A DNA stretch of 64,000 nt from Prorocentrum cordatum. Lineage: Eukaryota. The notes under the pieces were generated by a model that searched no databases, was not told the DNA's origin, and saw only the letters and a program-made list of their open reading frames with translations. The translations under genes and the position numbers were made by a program. The stretch spans positions 1 to 64,000 of the forward strand of contig CAUYUJ010000307.1 of the NCBI GenBank assembly GCA_963575745.1, given 5' to 3'. This document shows, one piece after another, positions 37,349 through 49,399 of this stretch. The number at the start of each line of letters is the position of its first letter. The stretch's first letter is position 1.

Positions 37349-39689
37349 CTGCTGGTGATGATGATGAGGATGAGGAGGAGGATGAGGAGGAGGCGGAGGA
37401 ACCACGTTTGACGAAACACCGTGGCGGGTGTGCCAGCCCACAGGTGGGCAGCCTCGCACCGTATCCTCTCTCCCTACTCCATTGATGCACTCCGCTTCTC
37501 ATCTCCACTCTACTGTTGTACATCCTGTTCGTGTACCACCTGCTCGTGTACCACCTGTTGTACATCCTGTTCGTGTACCACATGTACTCCGCTTCTCATC
37601 TCACCTCCTGTTCGTGTACCACCTGCTCGACCGTGGGTGCGTCCTCGCCCTGGCCCGGCTGCTGCCACGGTCACCGCTGCCACGGCCGGCCGCCCCGGCC
37701 CGATCGACGCGGAAGTCTTCCACGTCTGAGCGCTTTCCCCTCCCACTCCCCCCGCGCGGCCGCCCGCGTGCTTTTCCTCCCTCTTGCCCGCCGGACAATT
37801 CGTCTTTCGGTTGCCCCGAATAGCCACACGCTGGAACGGACCGCCTCTGCTTCGCCGCCGACGGAGTCAGACTGTTCGATCCCCCTTCAGGTGACACCAG
37901 CACCAGCACCACTTGCACGGCCACCCTGGCCAAGGCGAAGCACAGCCGCGACCTCGTCAACTACCACCTGCCTTGTCCCAAAGCTGCAGCAGTTTGCAAG
38001 CAGTGAGACAACGACCACGTCCAATTCAAATCTAGGTTGCCACCACTGCGATCGGGAATGACGTGTTGCAACAGCTCTGTATTCGACCAGCACACCCAAC
38101 TGCAGCTCAACCCAGCGCGACCAATGCCCGACTACCTCCACCACAGCGCACAACAACCACCCATCGAAGACGGCCAGACAAAATCAATGCCAATCGCGCA
38201 CATCGACAACTCCCACTACAACCCAAATGTGTACGCGTTTCCAGCACTCACCTGCTACTCCAATCCGGCGCGGGGTCACCAACAGCAGCACGCACAGTAC
38301 ATAGCAGCGGCGCAAGCCCACTCTGACGGGCAGCAGGCACCAGAAAAACTCCACCCTCCGACCACCTTAAGTACCCTTCAACCACATGGGGCACACGCAA
38401 CACTGACAGCGCGGACTGACCACGACATCCGCAGCCAGTTGTACACGGCGCCGTACCCTGCCTGGGAGCCCTGCGGGCCTACCTGTGGGAGAGGCACGTC
38501 GAGATTGGGTTTAACACGGTCATCCGCTGAGCGCCCGCTTTTCGCAACATAAGCGTATCAGCGCGCAGGCAAGACAACGCTTTTGGGGCATTGGCTGCTT
38601 GATGTGAGGCAGGGGAGGGGCGACGCATTGCTCGCTCTTTGGCGCGACGCCAGCAGAACACAGATCGCGCTCGCTTGTGCGCCGTCGCCCGCCGCGCGCC
38701 GCCGGCATCGGCCTTCTCTCATACGGGGAGGGCCCCTCCCCATATGAGAGAAGGCCGATGCCGGCTCTGTTTGGGGAGGGGACGGGGCCTGGGGCTGTAG
38801 CGGCTCTGTTTGGGGAGGGGACGGGACGCGGAGGGGCTCGCAGGCCAGTGCCGGCACCGCCAGTTCGCCCGGGGGGTTGGGTCGGCTCTGTTTGGGGAGG
38901 GGTCGGCTCTGTCTGGGGAGAGGACGGGACGTCGTCGGACGTGGGGCTCGCAGGCCGGTGCCGGCACCGCCACTTCCCCCCGGGCGCGGCAGTCGGGTCA
39001 CATCGCCCGCTCCGCGCCTCGCTTCTATATCTATCTGCGTCTCGGGCAGGGCGTTCCGCCCCCTGCTGGGGCAGCCCTGCGCCGCCACTGCCGCTGCCTG
39101 TCCTCCTCCACCTCTCAGCCTCTGCCCTGCGCGGCCACGGTTCACGCGTGCCCGCCTGCCCGTGCCATCTGCCGAGTGCGTCTGGCCAGGGACGTCGTCG
39201 GATGGGGCGGGCAGGATCGGCGGAGGAGGCGCGCACCTGCGGCACCCCTCCCTGGGTTTGCGCGGCCGGGCCTTCCCATGCCCCGGGGGCGCCGAGCCGC
39301 CCGGGGCAGAGCGACGCGCCGCGGCACGCGTTCAGCCATGTCCTGCAGTCTACATCACGCAGTGCCTCAGGGTACCTGGGGTGCTCTCCCCTGTCTTTCG
39401 GACAGCACGGATCCTTCATACGCCTTCAGTGTTTGCATCAGCATTGCCTGCTACTAGAACAGGTGCGACGCCAGACTGGGGCAGCATCGATTGCCCATTT
39501 GATTTGACAGTTGTGCATGACCTGTGCCTGACTATTTTTACCTAACAGCGAAGACTGATAGGCTTCTAGTAGGGTCAAAAGAGAGCATCATGACTCCCCA
39601 GGGGGGTCTGGGCGGGATCCGGACAGGGTGCCCAGGGACCCCCCCGGGAAACCGGGGACTCCTTTTTCAGCCAACAGTAACACACTTCG

Positions 39690-39980
39690 GGGTCTTCGAG
39701 TTCCCATAATTCCATTCCTGGGCATGATTTTGAATGCCCGGAGCCAACTGTAGGCCACTTCGTGTTCTTCGAGTTCCCAGAACTCCATTCCTGGGCATGA
39801 TTTTGAATGCCTGGAGCCAACTGTAGGCCACTTCGTGGTCTTCGAGATTCCCAGAGCCAACCGTCCACTTCGTGGTCTTCGAGTTCCCAGAACATGATTT
39901 TGAATGCCCGGAGCCAACTGTAGGCCACTTCGTGGTCTTCGAGTTCCCAGAACTCCATTCCCGGGCCACATTTTGAATGC
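39690..39980. repeat. Minisatellite of ~75-bp units (TCTTCGAGTTCCCAGAAC...TTTTGAATGCCCGGAGCCAACTGTAGGCCACTTCGTG)
   Basis: About four full or partial tandem copies. Confidence 0.9.
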
Positions 39981-41456
39981 TGAGGCAGGCTGATGCTGAG
40001 GCTGAGGCAGGCTGAGGCTGAGGCAGGCTGAGGCTGAGGCCGAGGCTGAAGGCAGACTGAGGCTGAGGCTGAAGCAGGCTGAGGCTGAGGCTGAGGCAGG
40101 CTGAGGCTGAGGCTGAGGCAGGCTGATGCTGAGGCAGGCTGAGGCTGAGGCTGAGGCTGATGCAGGCTGAGGCTGAGGCAGGCTGAGGCTGAGGCCGAGG
40201 CTGAAGGCAGACTGAGGCTGAGGCTGAAGCAGGCTGAGGCTGAGGCTGAGGCAGGCTGAGGCTGAGGCTGAGGCAGGCTGAGGCAGGCTGAGGCTGAGGC
40301 TGAGGCTGAGGCTGAGGCTGAGGCAGGCTGAGGCTGAGGCCGAGGCTGAAGGCAGACTGAGGCTGAGGCTGAAGCAGGCTGAGGCTGAGGCTGAGGCAGG
40401 CTGAGGCTGAGGCTGAGGCAGGCTGATGCTGAGGCAGGCTGAGGCTGAGGCTGATGCAGGCTGAGGCTGAGGCAGGCTGAGGCTGAGGCCGAGGCTGAAG
40501 GCAGACTGAGGCTGAGGCTGAAGCAGGCTGAGGCTGAGGCTGAGGCAGGCTGAGGCTGAGGCTGAGGCAGGCTGATGCTGAGGCAGGCTGAGGCTGAGGC
40601 TGAGGCTGATGCAGGCTGAGGCTGAGGCTGAGGCTGAGGCTGAGGCTGAGGCTGAGGCTGAGGCTGAGGCTGAGGCTGAGGCTGAGGCAGGCTGAGGCTG
40701 AGGCTGAGGCTGAGGCTGAGGCTGAGGCTGAGGCTGAGGCTGAGGCTGAGGCTGAGGCTGAGGCTGAGGCTGAGGCTGAGGCTGAGGCAGGCTGAGGCTG
40801 AGGCTGAGGCTGAGGCTGAGGCTGAGGCGAGGCTGAGGCAGGCTGAGGCTGAGGCCGAGGCTGAAGGCAGACTGAGGCTGAGGCTGAGGCTGAGGCTGAG
40901 GCTGAGGCAGGCTGAGGCTGAGGCTGAGGCAGGCTGAGGCTGAGGCTGAGGCTGAGGCTGAGGCTGAGGCTGAGGCAGGCTGAGGCTGAGGCAGGCTGAG
41001 GCTGAGGCTGAGGCTGAGGCAGGCTGAGGCTGAGGCTGAGGCTGAGCAGGCTGAGGCTGAGGCAGAGGCTGAGGCAGGCTGAGGCTGAGGCTGAGGCTGA
41101 GGCTGAGGCTGAGGCTGAGGCTGAGGCTGAGGCTGAGGCTGAGGCTGAGGCAGGCTGAGGCTGAGGCTGAGGCTGAGGCTGAGGCTGAGGGCTGAGGCTG
41201 AGGCTGAGCTGAGGCTGAGGCTGAGCTGAGGCTGAGGCTGAGGCTGAGGCAGAGCAGGCTGAGGCTGAGGCTGAGGCAGGCTGAGGCTGAGGCAGGCTGA
41301 GGCTGAGGCAGTGAGGCTGAGGCTGAGGCAGGCTGAGGCTGAGGCAGGCTGAGGCTGAGGCTGAGACTGATGCAGGGTGAGGCTGAGGCTGAAGCAGGCT
41401 GAGGCTGAGGCCGAAGGCAGACTGATGCTGAGGCTGAGGCTGATGCTGAGGCTGTG
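39978..41456. repeat. (GCTGAG)n hexamer satellite with GCAG interruptions and higher-order repeats
   Basis: Explains the SASA/PQPQ/LSLS ORFs open in all three minus frames. Confidence 0.95.
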
Positions 41457-42719
41457 ACTGCGACTGCCGTTGCCACTGCAACTGGATTCTCCTCTGAATA
41501 TTAAGTGGAATGCTTCCAGATAATTATGCTCCTGCACATCGCTGTTAGGTTGCTCTGCTGAGATATTATGTTTCCATACGATAGGCCAGCCTTGACTCGC
41601 AGTGCCAGCTTCGTATTTTCAGAAACTTCGCAGTACCCACTCTCACGCTATTGCTCAGACCAGCCTGCAGTGCCAGCGCCAGTCCACGACCAGCCTGGCC
41701 CAATACTGCCAGTATACCTGCTGTCGGCATCTTGTTTGGAAGTGGGGATGGCGGCGACTAGGGTGGTAAAGGGGGGGGAAAGGTCGATCTAACAACATGG
41801 GCCTACGAGACCGATGCGCTACAATGTTATGCCACTTGTCAGCCTGCACAGACAGGGCCTGCCAGACATACCGCCAATCACACTGCAGCCATACCTAAAG
41901 TCATACTTACCTACTGTCAAGCTTGCTCGTACTTTTGCCCTTTGAACTGCTGTTGCACCGCGCCTGCCTCACAAACTGTGAGATGGGGAGGGATATTGAT
42001 TAGTGGTTGTGGCGGTGGAGCGGGGTACTCGCGAGCTTATTGCGATACACTTCAACCGCAGGCTGGCCTGTGCCAAGAGGGCCATCCTAACAGTCATAAA
42101 GCCACTCCCAGTCCTGCCAACATCAATGCTGTTTATTTTCAAGCGCCTTCCAGAAGCAGGTGATTTGCCCGCCGAGTCACGGTAGTCCAGCATACTTTGA
42201 CCCTACACCAGCTGCGTTCACAGGCCAGCCATTTCCGTTTGTGCCAGCCTTGCAGACAACACGAACAGACCTGGGAAGGGCGGGTATTGGATTGAGCGGG
42301 TGGTGGGGGACAGTGGGTGAATTACAGTTTTGACAATTTGCCGGGTAGTCTCTTGTACTACTCAGCCCACTTCCTGTGACATGTCCGCCCTATTCGCACA
42401 GCCCTCTGAAGTCCATTCGAATCATGTTTCCTGACGTTGCTTATGGTTGTGCGCTCTTTCCTACGTTGCACTGCCGCGGATTCGGTTACACTCGTTGCCC
42501 TATTGGGCAACTGTCCCTTTCCGCTTCTCCTTGCGTTATTACCTAACAGCGAAGACTGATAGGTTTCTGGTGGGGTCAAGAGAGAGCATAATGACTCCCC
42601 AGGGGGGTCTGGGCAGATGCCGGACGGGTGCCGCGGAAACCCGGGGACTCCTTTTTTTAGCCAGCAGTAACGCATTTCGGAGCGGCGATCCAGGCCGAAG
42701 CGCGCGCGCGCGCAACGAG

Positions 42720-43430
42720 GCCGCCCGTGTGCCCGCGAGCCCGATTGGCCAGCGGATTCTGGCGGTGCTGTTCCTAATATTGACGGGGCGGTTCGCAGAC
42801 GATTTGTTTCCCGCCGACGCCGGCGAGGAGATCGCCGGCCTGCGCTGGTCTGGGGCAGAGGGAGCCGCTGCTCTGACACGCGCAGTGATTGAATATTTGC
42901 TCGGGTGGCAGCCTGGCGAGGCCAAGCGGGCCTCGGCGGCGGCCGCCGCGCCAGTCCCCGGGGTCGCGGTGGCCACGCAATGCGGGGTGCATCCCGAGGC
43001 GCCGATTGGGATGCACTCGCGCGTGACGCGCAGCTGCGGGGCGCGCCCGGCTCGGCGCGCAGGGAGAAACTTTGACTTTGATGTTTTCTATTGCGGAAGA
43101 GCGAGTAGAAAAGTGGATGAGCGAGATTAACGAAGCGCTGCGAACGGGCCGGCTTGCGCCTTCCAGGGTTTCCAAGCTGGCAGGCAAGCTGAGCTGGGGA
43201 GGCAGCGCAGTCTTCGGCCGAGGGTGCCGATGCTACCTCGCGCCCCTCTACCGGCATGCGCGCCAGCAGAGTTGGCGCTTAGAAGCGCGAGCAAGGGTGG
43301 TGCTCCAGGGGTGGGCGCGTTTCCTGCCGGACGCGCCGAGGAAAGTTTTTCCGTTGGGGCCGGCCGCGCCCCGGCCGCGAACCATTCTATATTCCGATGC
43401 CGCGGGGCGCGGCAGGCGCGCGCGCGGGCA
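42720..43430 (+). pseudogene. Degraded reverse transcriptase/RNase H fragment, DIRS (tyrosine-recombinase retrotransposon)-like
   Basis: RFADDLF (YxDD-like) in one frame; after a frameshift SKLAGKLSW...RCYLAPLY (DIRS-type thumb/connection) and ILYSDAAG (RNase H first Asp). Confidence 0.7.
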
Positions 43431-45989
43431 AGCGAACGCGCGCGCGCCGCAGGCTGGCCTGGGCGGCCGACGCGCAGGACGGGCAGCATTTTGCGGCGAC
43501 CGATATTTCGAAAGGCCCGCGCCGCCGGGCACTGCCCACGGTTTGGCTCGGAGGTGGTCTGGGAGGGGACTTGAACAGACTTAGCGGGGGTCCATACAAA
43601 TGGCACCCGGGGGTCTGAAAGGGGAGGCGGTGACACGGCCTCTGGCGAGCCCAGGGGGGGTCACTGACGAGCTCGCGGGGGGTCGCTGACGAGCTCCACG
43701 GGGGTCGCTGACGAGGCCACTGACGAGCCCAGGGGGGGGGTCACTGACGAGCCCCCTGCGGGCACCGACCCCCCCAACCCTCTTTTTTTTACTCTCCCCG
43801 GCTGGAAAAAAAAAGATGCAGTTTTTGTCATATTTTATAACCGAGTTTTTGCTGGCGCGCACGTGCCCCGACGTCTAATCGTGTCCCAACGTCTAATCAC
43901 ACCCGAGCCTTGGATGACATCGTCGGCGCCAGGGCGACGTCGTAGTCACCGCAGCCGTCGTAGTCGTCGCCATCGTCGTCGTCGCCGTCGTCGCCTTGCC
44001 CGTCCCGTCTGCTTCATCTCGCCTTGCTCTGGGTGGCTCAAGCTGCCCCCGCCCTCGAGCGTGGTTCCCACTGCCACCGCCATGAGGGCATCCTCCTCCT
44101 CCTCCTCCTCCTACGCCCCCCCCTAGCTCCTCCTTCTCTCCTCCTCTTCCTCTCCTCCTCCTCCTCTTCCTCTCCTCCTCCTCCTCCTCCTCCTCCTCCT
44201 CCTCCTCCTCCTCCTCCTCTTCCCCACCCCCCGTCTCCCCCTCGAGCGGCTCTGGTGGCGGCAGTGGGAGCCACGCCCATCACCACCCTGTGGGGGGGGC
44301 AGGCTTGCCCTGGGGGGGGGGGGGGATGGACGACATCCTCGCCAGCCTCCTGGCGGAGGCGGACGCCCTCCCCCTCCCCCCAGCGGCAGCCGCGGCCGCC
44401 GATGGGGCGGCTCGCGCCGCCACCCCCGCTGGCGGCCGCGGCCGCGGCCGTGGTCGAGCCCCTGGCTGGGGGGGCTCGGCTGCGGCGCGGCTGGCGGGCC
44501 GCCGCCTTTCCCGCGGCCGCCAGCTCGCGCGGGCGGAGCAGGCGGGGCGCCCGCGCGTCGAGGGCAGGGTGGGATGGGGGATGGGGGATGGGGAGGGAGG
44601 GTTGGGGATGGAGGATAAGGCGCCAGACGAACAGGATGGGGAGGGGGAGTAGAGTCAGTCAGATAGCCAGGGCATGAGGACAGTCAGGCAGCCAGGCAGT
44701 CAGGCCGTCAGAGGCAGTCGGGCAGTCAGGCAGTCAAGCAGTAGAGGCAGTCAGGCAGTCAGGGCAATTGTTCGGCCTCTTGGGGCCTCGACGATAACGG
44801 AGAATGAGAGGGAGGGGGAGGAGGGGGAAGACATGGGGGTGGGGGGAGGAGGAGGAGGAAGTGGAGGCGGAGGAGGATGAGGACATGCATGAGGAGGAGA
44901 AGGGGGATGAGGAGGGAGGAGGGGGATTTTTGCCGCCCCCCCCCCGAGACCTCGAGGGGGATTCAGGATATGACCGCAGGTCATCCTCCTCATCTTCCTC
45001 TTCCTCATCGTCATCCTCCTCATCATCATGCGCCTTCTCCTCCTCCTCATCTTCTTCCTCCTTCATCCATCCAACCTTCTCCTCCTCTTCCACCGCCCTC
45101 AACGTTATTTCTCATCCGTTACCTTCTCCTCCTCCTCATCATCATGATCATCATCATCATCATGATCATGATCATCATCATCACCATCGTCATCATCATC
45201 ATCCGCATCAACGTCACCCTCCTCCTCCTCCTCCTCACTCCCCTCCTCGGCCAGACGAGCTGCCATCATGCAAATGAAGACCGCACCAACATCTCAAACC
45301 AGCACCAGCACCAGCATCAGCAGCGGCATCGGCGTCAGCAACAGCACCAGCACCGGCATCTGTATCATTATCATAACCCCCCCACCACCACCACCACCAC
45401 CACCACCACCGCCACCACCGCCACCACCACCACCACCACCGCACATATACAGTAATTCCCAAACATCCTGTTGTGTTGGGTCCTCGTTTTTGAATAGAGA
45501 TCGTCCCGTCTCCTCCCCCTCCTCGCCATTTTGGCTCGATTCCAGCCGCCGCGGCCGGCGGCCGCCGCTCGCGGCCAGCGGCTTCTCGCGGGCCACCGCG
45601 GGCCCGCGCGGGCCCCTTGCCCGCCATGGGCGGCGACGACGAGGCCTCAGGAGGGATAAGGAGAGAGGTCGATAGAGAGTAGCATCTCCATGCTACACGC
45701 CAGGGGTGCGGCGGCACATCCTCGACGCCTTTTTCAAAGGTGTCGAGCGCTGCCCCCCTGGCGTGCGGCAGTGATGCTATTCTTCGGGTGTTGTTGCCAA
45801 AGGTGCACTGCAGCCCAATGTGCCCCTAGGTTTTCGCGCCGTTGTCGAGGCCCTGGGGACCTTGAACTTCTGAACTTCGTGAGGGGGTGATCTGAACGCT
45901 CTCGGACGCCCGCTGGAAATTCTGGGGGGCACCTTGGGGTACGTGGCACCTTTAGCAAGCAGCAAGCACCGCCCGGCCTCTCTCCTTCG

Positions 45990-47292
45990 TGAGGCGCCGC
46001 GGGCGGTGCCGCCGCCGCGGCCCAAGCAGCCCGGCCTGCAGCAGCCGCTGCCGCAGCCGCGGCCGCCGGGTGGACTTCCGCCAGTGCGCCTCTTCCCGAG
46101 TGCCGCCGCGGCTGTGACAGCGGGGCACTCGGCCGCCACGGCGTTCTTGGCCTTCCGCCGGGCGAAGGCGGCAGCAGCAGCAGCAGCCGCAGCAGCACTG
46201 CCAGACGAAGCAGCACCAGCAGCCGCAGAACCAGCAGCACCAGTACCAGGACCAGGACCAGCAGCACCAGCGGTGGGCACAACTGCAGCAGCTGCAGCAC
46301 CAGCGAAAGCAGCAGCAGCACCGACGATACTCTCGAAGCGAGCACCAGTGCGTCTAAGACGTCTAGCAGCACCAGCACCAGTGCCAGCAGCTGCAGCACT
46401 ACCACCAGTGCCAGGGCCAGCTGCAGCACCACCGCCAGCACCAGTGCCAGCAGCTGCAGCACCACCACCGCTCGTGGACTTGGTGGACACCGACGCAGAA
46501 GAGGTGGTCGCAACAACAGCGCAGACGCCAAAAGCTGCATGGCCACCAGCTGCAGCAGCAGCCGCAGCTCCAGCGCCGAGCGCCGCAGCACCAGCGCCTC
46601 CAGCAGTACCAGTAGCACCGTCGCCGGCTGGGGCTGCGCCAGGAACGCCGCCGCAAGCGTTCATCGACCGCATCAACGAGCTGACGGCGCAGCTGGCGGA
46701 GCTGCAGGGCCGTTCGGCAGGTGCAGCAACACCACAGGCGGGCGGTGGCGCAGAGCCGACGGCGCAGCTGGTGGTGCCGCAGAAAGCGAGGCCGCGGTCC
46801 AAGAATGCGGCATCGCCAGTCCCTTCGGCGCCGAATGTGCTGTCAGCCTCGGCCAAGGCGACGATCTCCGTGGGGCAGGCAGCGAGCTTGGCGGGCGACG
46901 CGCTGCGCGGAACGCTGCCGAGCGATCCAGCGGATGCCGCGGCGCGCCAGTTGCGGCTGGTCGGGTGCTTGGTGATGTCGCTGCAGGGCTACTACTTCCG
47001 ATCGGAAGCCGGGCGAAGGCAGCACTCTAAATCCGAACGCCGAATGCGTGGAAAGCGATCTCTGGGAACCCCTGGGAACCTCTGGGAACCTACCTGTCGT
47101 CCTGGGAAGTTTTCCTTTCTTCCGAAAACCGTTTTAGACGCCGCAGTTTTAGCGAGAACCTTCGCCCGGCTTCAGATGCCTCGAGCTGGCGGAGGCGGCG
47201 AGGCAGCAGCGGGACCAGCAGCTGGAGCAGCAGCAGCAGCAGCAGCGCAGGGAGCAGCAGCGCAGGGAGCAGCGCAGGGAACGCCGCGATGA
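45990..47292 (+). CDS. Ala/Pro-rich hypothetical protein with a short coiled coil (accessory gene A; probably spliced)
   Basis: Long open frame; non-repetitive parts FIDRINELTAQLAELQG and ATISVGQAASLAGDALRG...LVGCLVMSLQ have coding-like GC3; likely intron ~47000-47185. Confidence 0.5.
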
Positions 47293-49399
47293 GGATCGTA
47301 GCCGCCCCTATTGAATTGACTGGAAAACAAGAGTTCCTTCTCGTCCTCCTCATCTGCGTCGTCTTCAGCATCCTCTGTCGGTCTGTCAGGCCGGGTCGGA
47401 TATGGGGTCGTTAGAAGGGGAACCGCATGAAGATGATGAGCTCGACGAGAAACCACGACTACACGGATGAGAAGGATGATGATGTGACGAATGGGAGGAT
47501 GATGATGAGAAGGACCTTGGATGCGGATGAGAAGGATGATGATTCAATGATGATGAGTTGGATGAGGATGAAGTGAATTCCTCCTCCGCCTATTGACTCA
47601 TCACCCCCTTCTCATGTCCTCCTTTCCTCCCGCTCCTCGTGCTCCGATAGCTCATCCTGCTCCCCCTGCTCGTCCACCCCCTCCCCGGCCCCCTCTGGGT
47701 CGATGCCTTGCAGAGTCGGCGGTGCCAGCAGTCCTCGCTCGCTCTTCGCGGAGCGCGGAGCGCGAAGTTAGGAGCCCTTGCACGGTGGCTCTCCACCCCC
47801 CCCCCTCTGTTAGCCTTCGGGCGATTCCGCTGGCCACCGCGGACTCCTCCCCCTCCTCTTCCCCCCTCCCTCTCACCGTTTTCACCCCCAGCTTCCTCCT
47901 CCTATGTGTCCTCTTCATGTTCCTGCACCTGCTCATGTTCCCATGATCTCCCTACTCCTCCTCCACCTCCACCTGCCCCCCCCCCTCCTCCTGCCCTCGC
48001 TGCTCCTGCCCCTGCTCCTGCTCGTGCTTCGCCTCCTCTCCTCGACTTCCTCCTCCTCCTACCTTCTCCGTCTTACCCCCCTCCCTGGACTCCTCTCCCC
48101 ACCTCTCGCCCCGGCGTCTGCATCGCGCCAGGCGCACCATTGTCGGGGTCTGGGTCTTGTGCTCGGATATCCCCTCCCCCTCCTCCACCTCCTCCTCCTC
48201 CCCCTGCTGCCACCTCGGAGGAGCCGCGATCTGGATGAGGATGGGGATATGCGGAGAGATACGGACGAGGACGACGGCGTGGATGCGGACGAGGAAGAGG
48301 ACGAATTGGAGGAGAGGTCCGCCCGTTACGATTTTCATGCGTGGCACGACGATCTGTCGGTGCCGCAGTTCGATATGGGGGATGGGTGGCAGTAGGCGGG
48401 ACGTAGAGGAGCACGATGCAGACTGCGACGCTCATGCGATGAGATACGAGGATGACGCGCAGGATGAGGGGCGTAGGAGGCGATGACGTTGGACGCGCCG
48501 ACGACGAGCGGATGTCGATGGTCTGTCTGCCCCCCCCCCCCCCCTCCCGCAGGCGGCTGCTGGCGCGGTCGACGCCGTCGCTGAGTTCGTGCGCTGCGCT
48601 GCCGACGCGGGCGGCGGGAGCTTGCGGACAGGTGCCGGGCCCCGTCCCTATCTCATCTCCTATCTCTTGCCCCCTCCCCTCTGAAGCCATCCCCCGAATC
48701 GGGCCCGAAACCGCGTCTGGACTTTGGAGGGGCGCCGCCGACGGCGATCGGCGGTCTCGGACGGCGACGACGGCGGCGCCTCGGATGCCGACGGCGTCGA
48801 CGACATCATCGCTCGTCGCTCGGTGCCTCGACGCACGACGTTGGTCCTTGGACCCCTCTGATGCTACTCCTGGGATACTGCTGGACCATCGAGACATCGT
48901 GGGCTCGAGTGATCGGTGCTGAGGTCGATTTGAAATCGATGTTGATATCGGTACATCCACCCCCTCGAGGGTGCACTTGCGTCCTTACACCTGATGCCTA
49001 CGGTAGCGCGCGTGTGCCGCGAATCCACGACCCCGCAGGTTTCAGACTTTTCAGCTCGGGGTTCAGGGTTTGATATTTCGTATTCCCCAGCGCCCTCGTT
49101 TCCGCGTCTGGAGCGTTTGGTGCAGTCCAGTCGCGTGCAGTTGTAGCGAGCGAAACCTTCACATAGTCCTCCTTCTCCAAGCACCCCATCGCGCGCCTCC
49201 CTTCCGAGGCCTACTTACTCTCCAGTCGTCCAAACGGACGTATTGTTGGACCCCAGGACCCCAACTTATGCGCCTTCGTACTTCAAGAATCGGCGACCGT
49301 CTTCTGCAGCAGTTACCCGCCCCACTTGCGGACCAGATCTGATCCGAATAATCCGACTATGCATCCACGCCTTCCTACTTCGCGTTCCGCTGCTACCTG

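Noticed and set aside
39575..41537. 600+ aa SASA/PQPQ/LSLS ORFs
   Set aside because: Stop-free hexamer satellite open in all three minus frames
41460..42530. Lower-GC unique island, possible retroelement relic
   Set aside because: No sustained frame or recognisable motif
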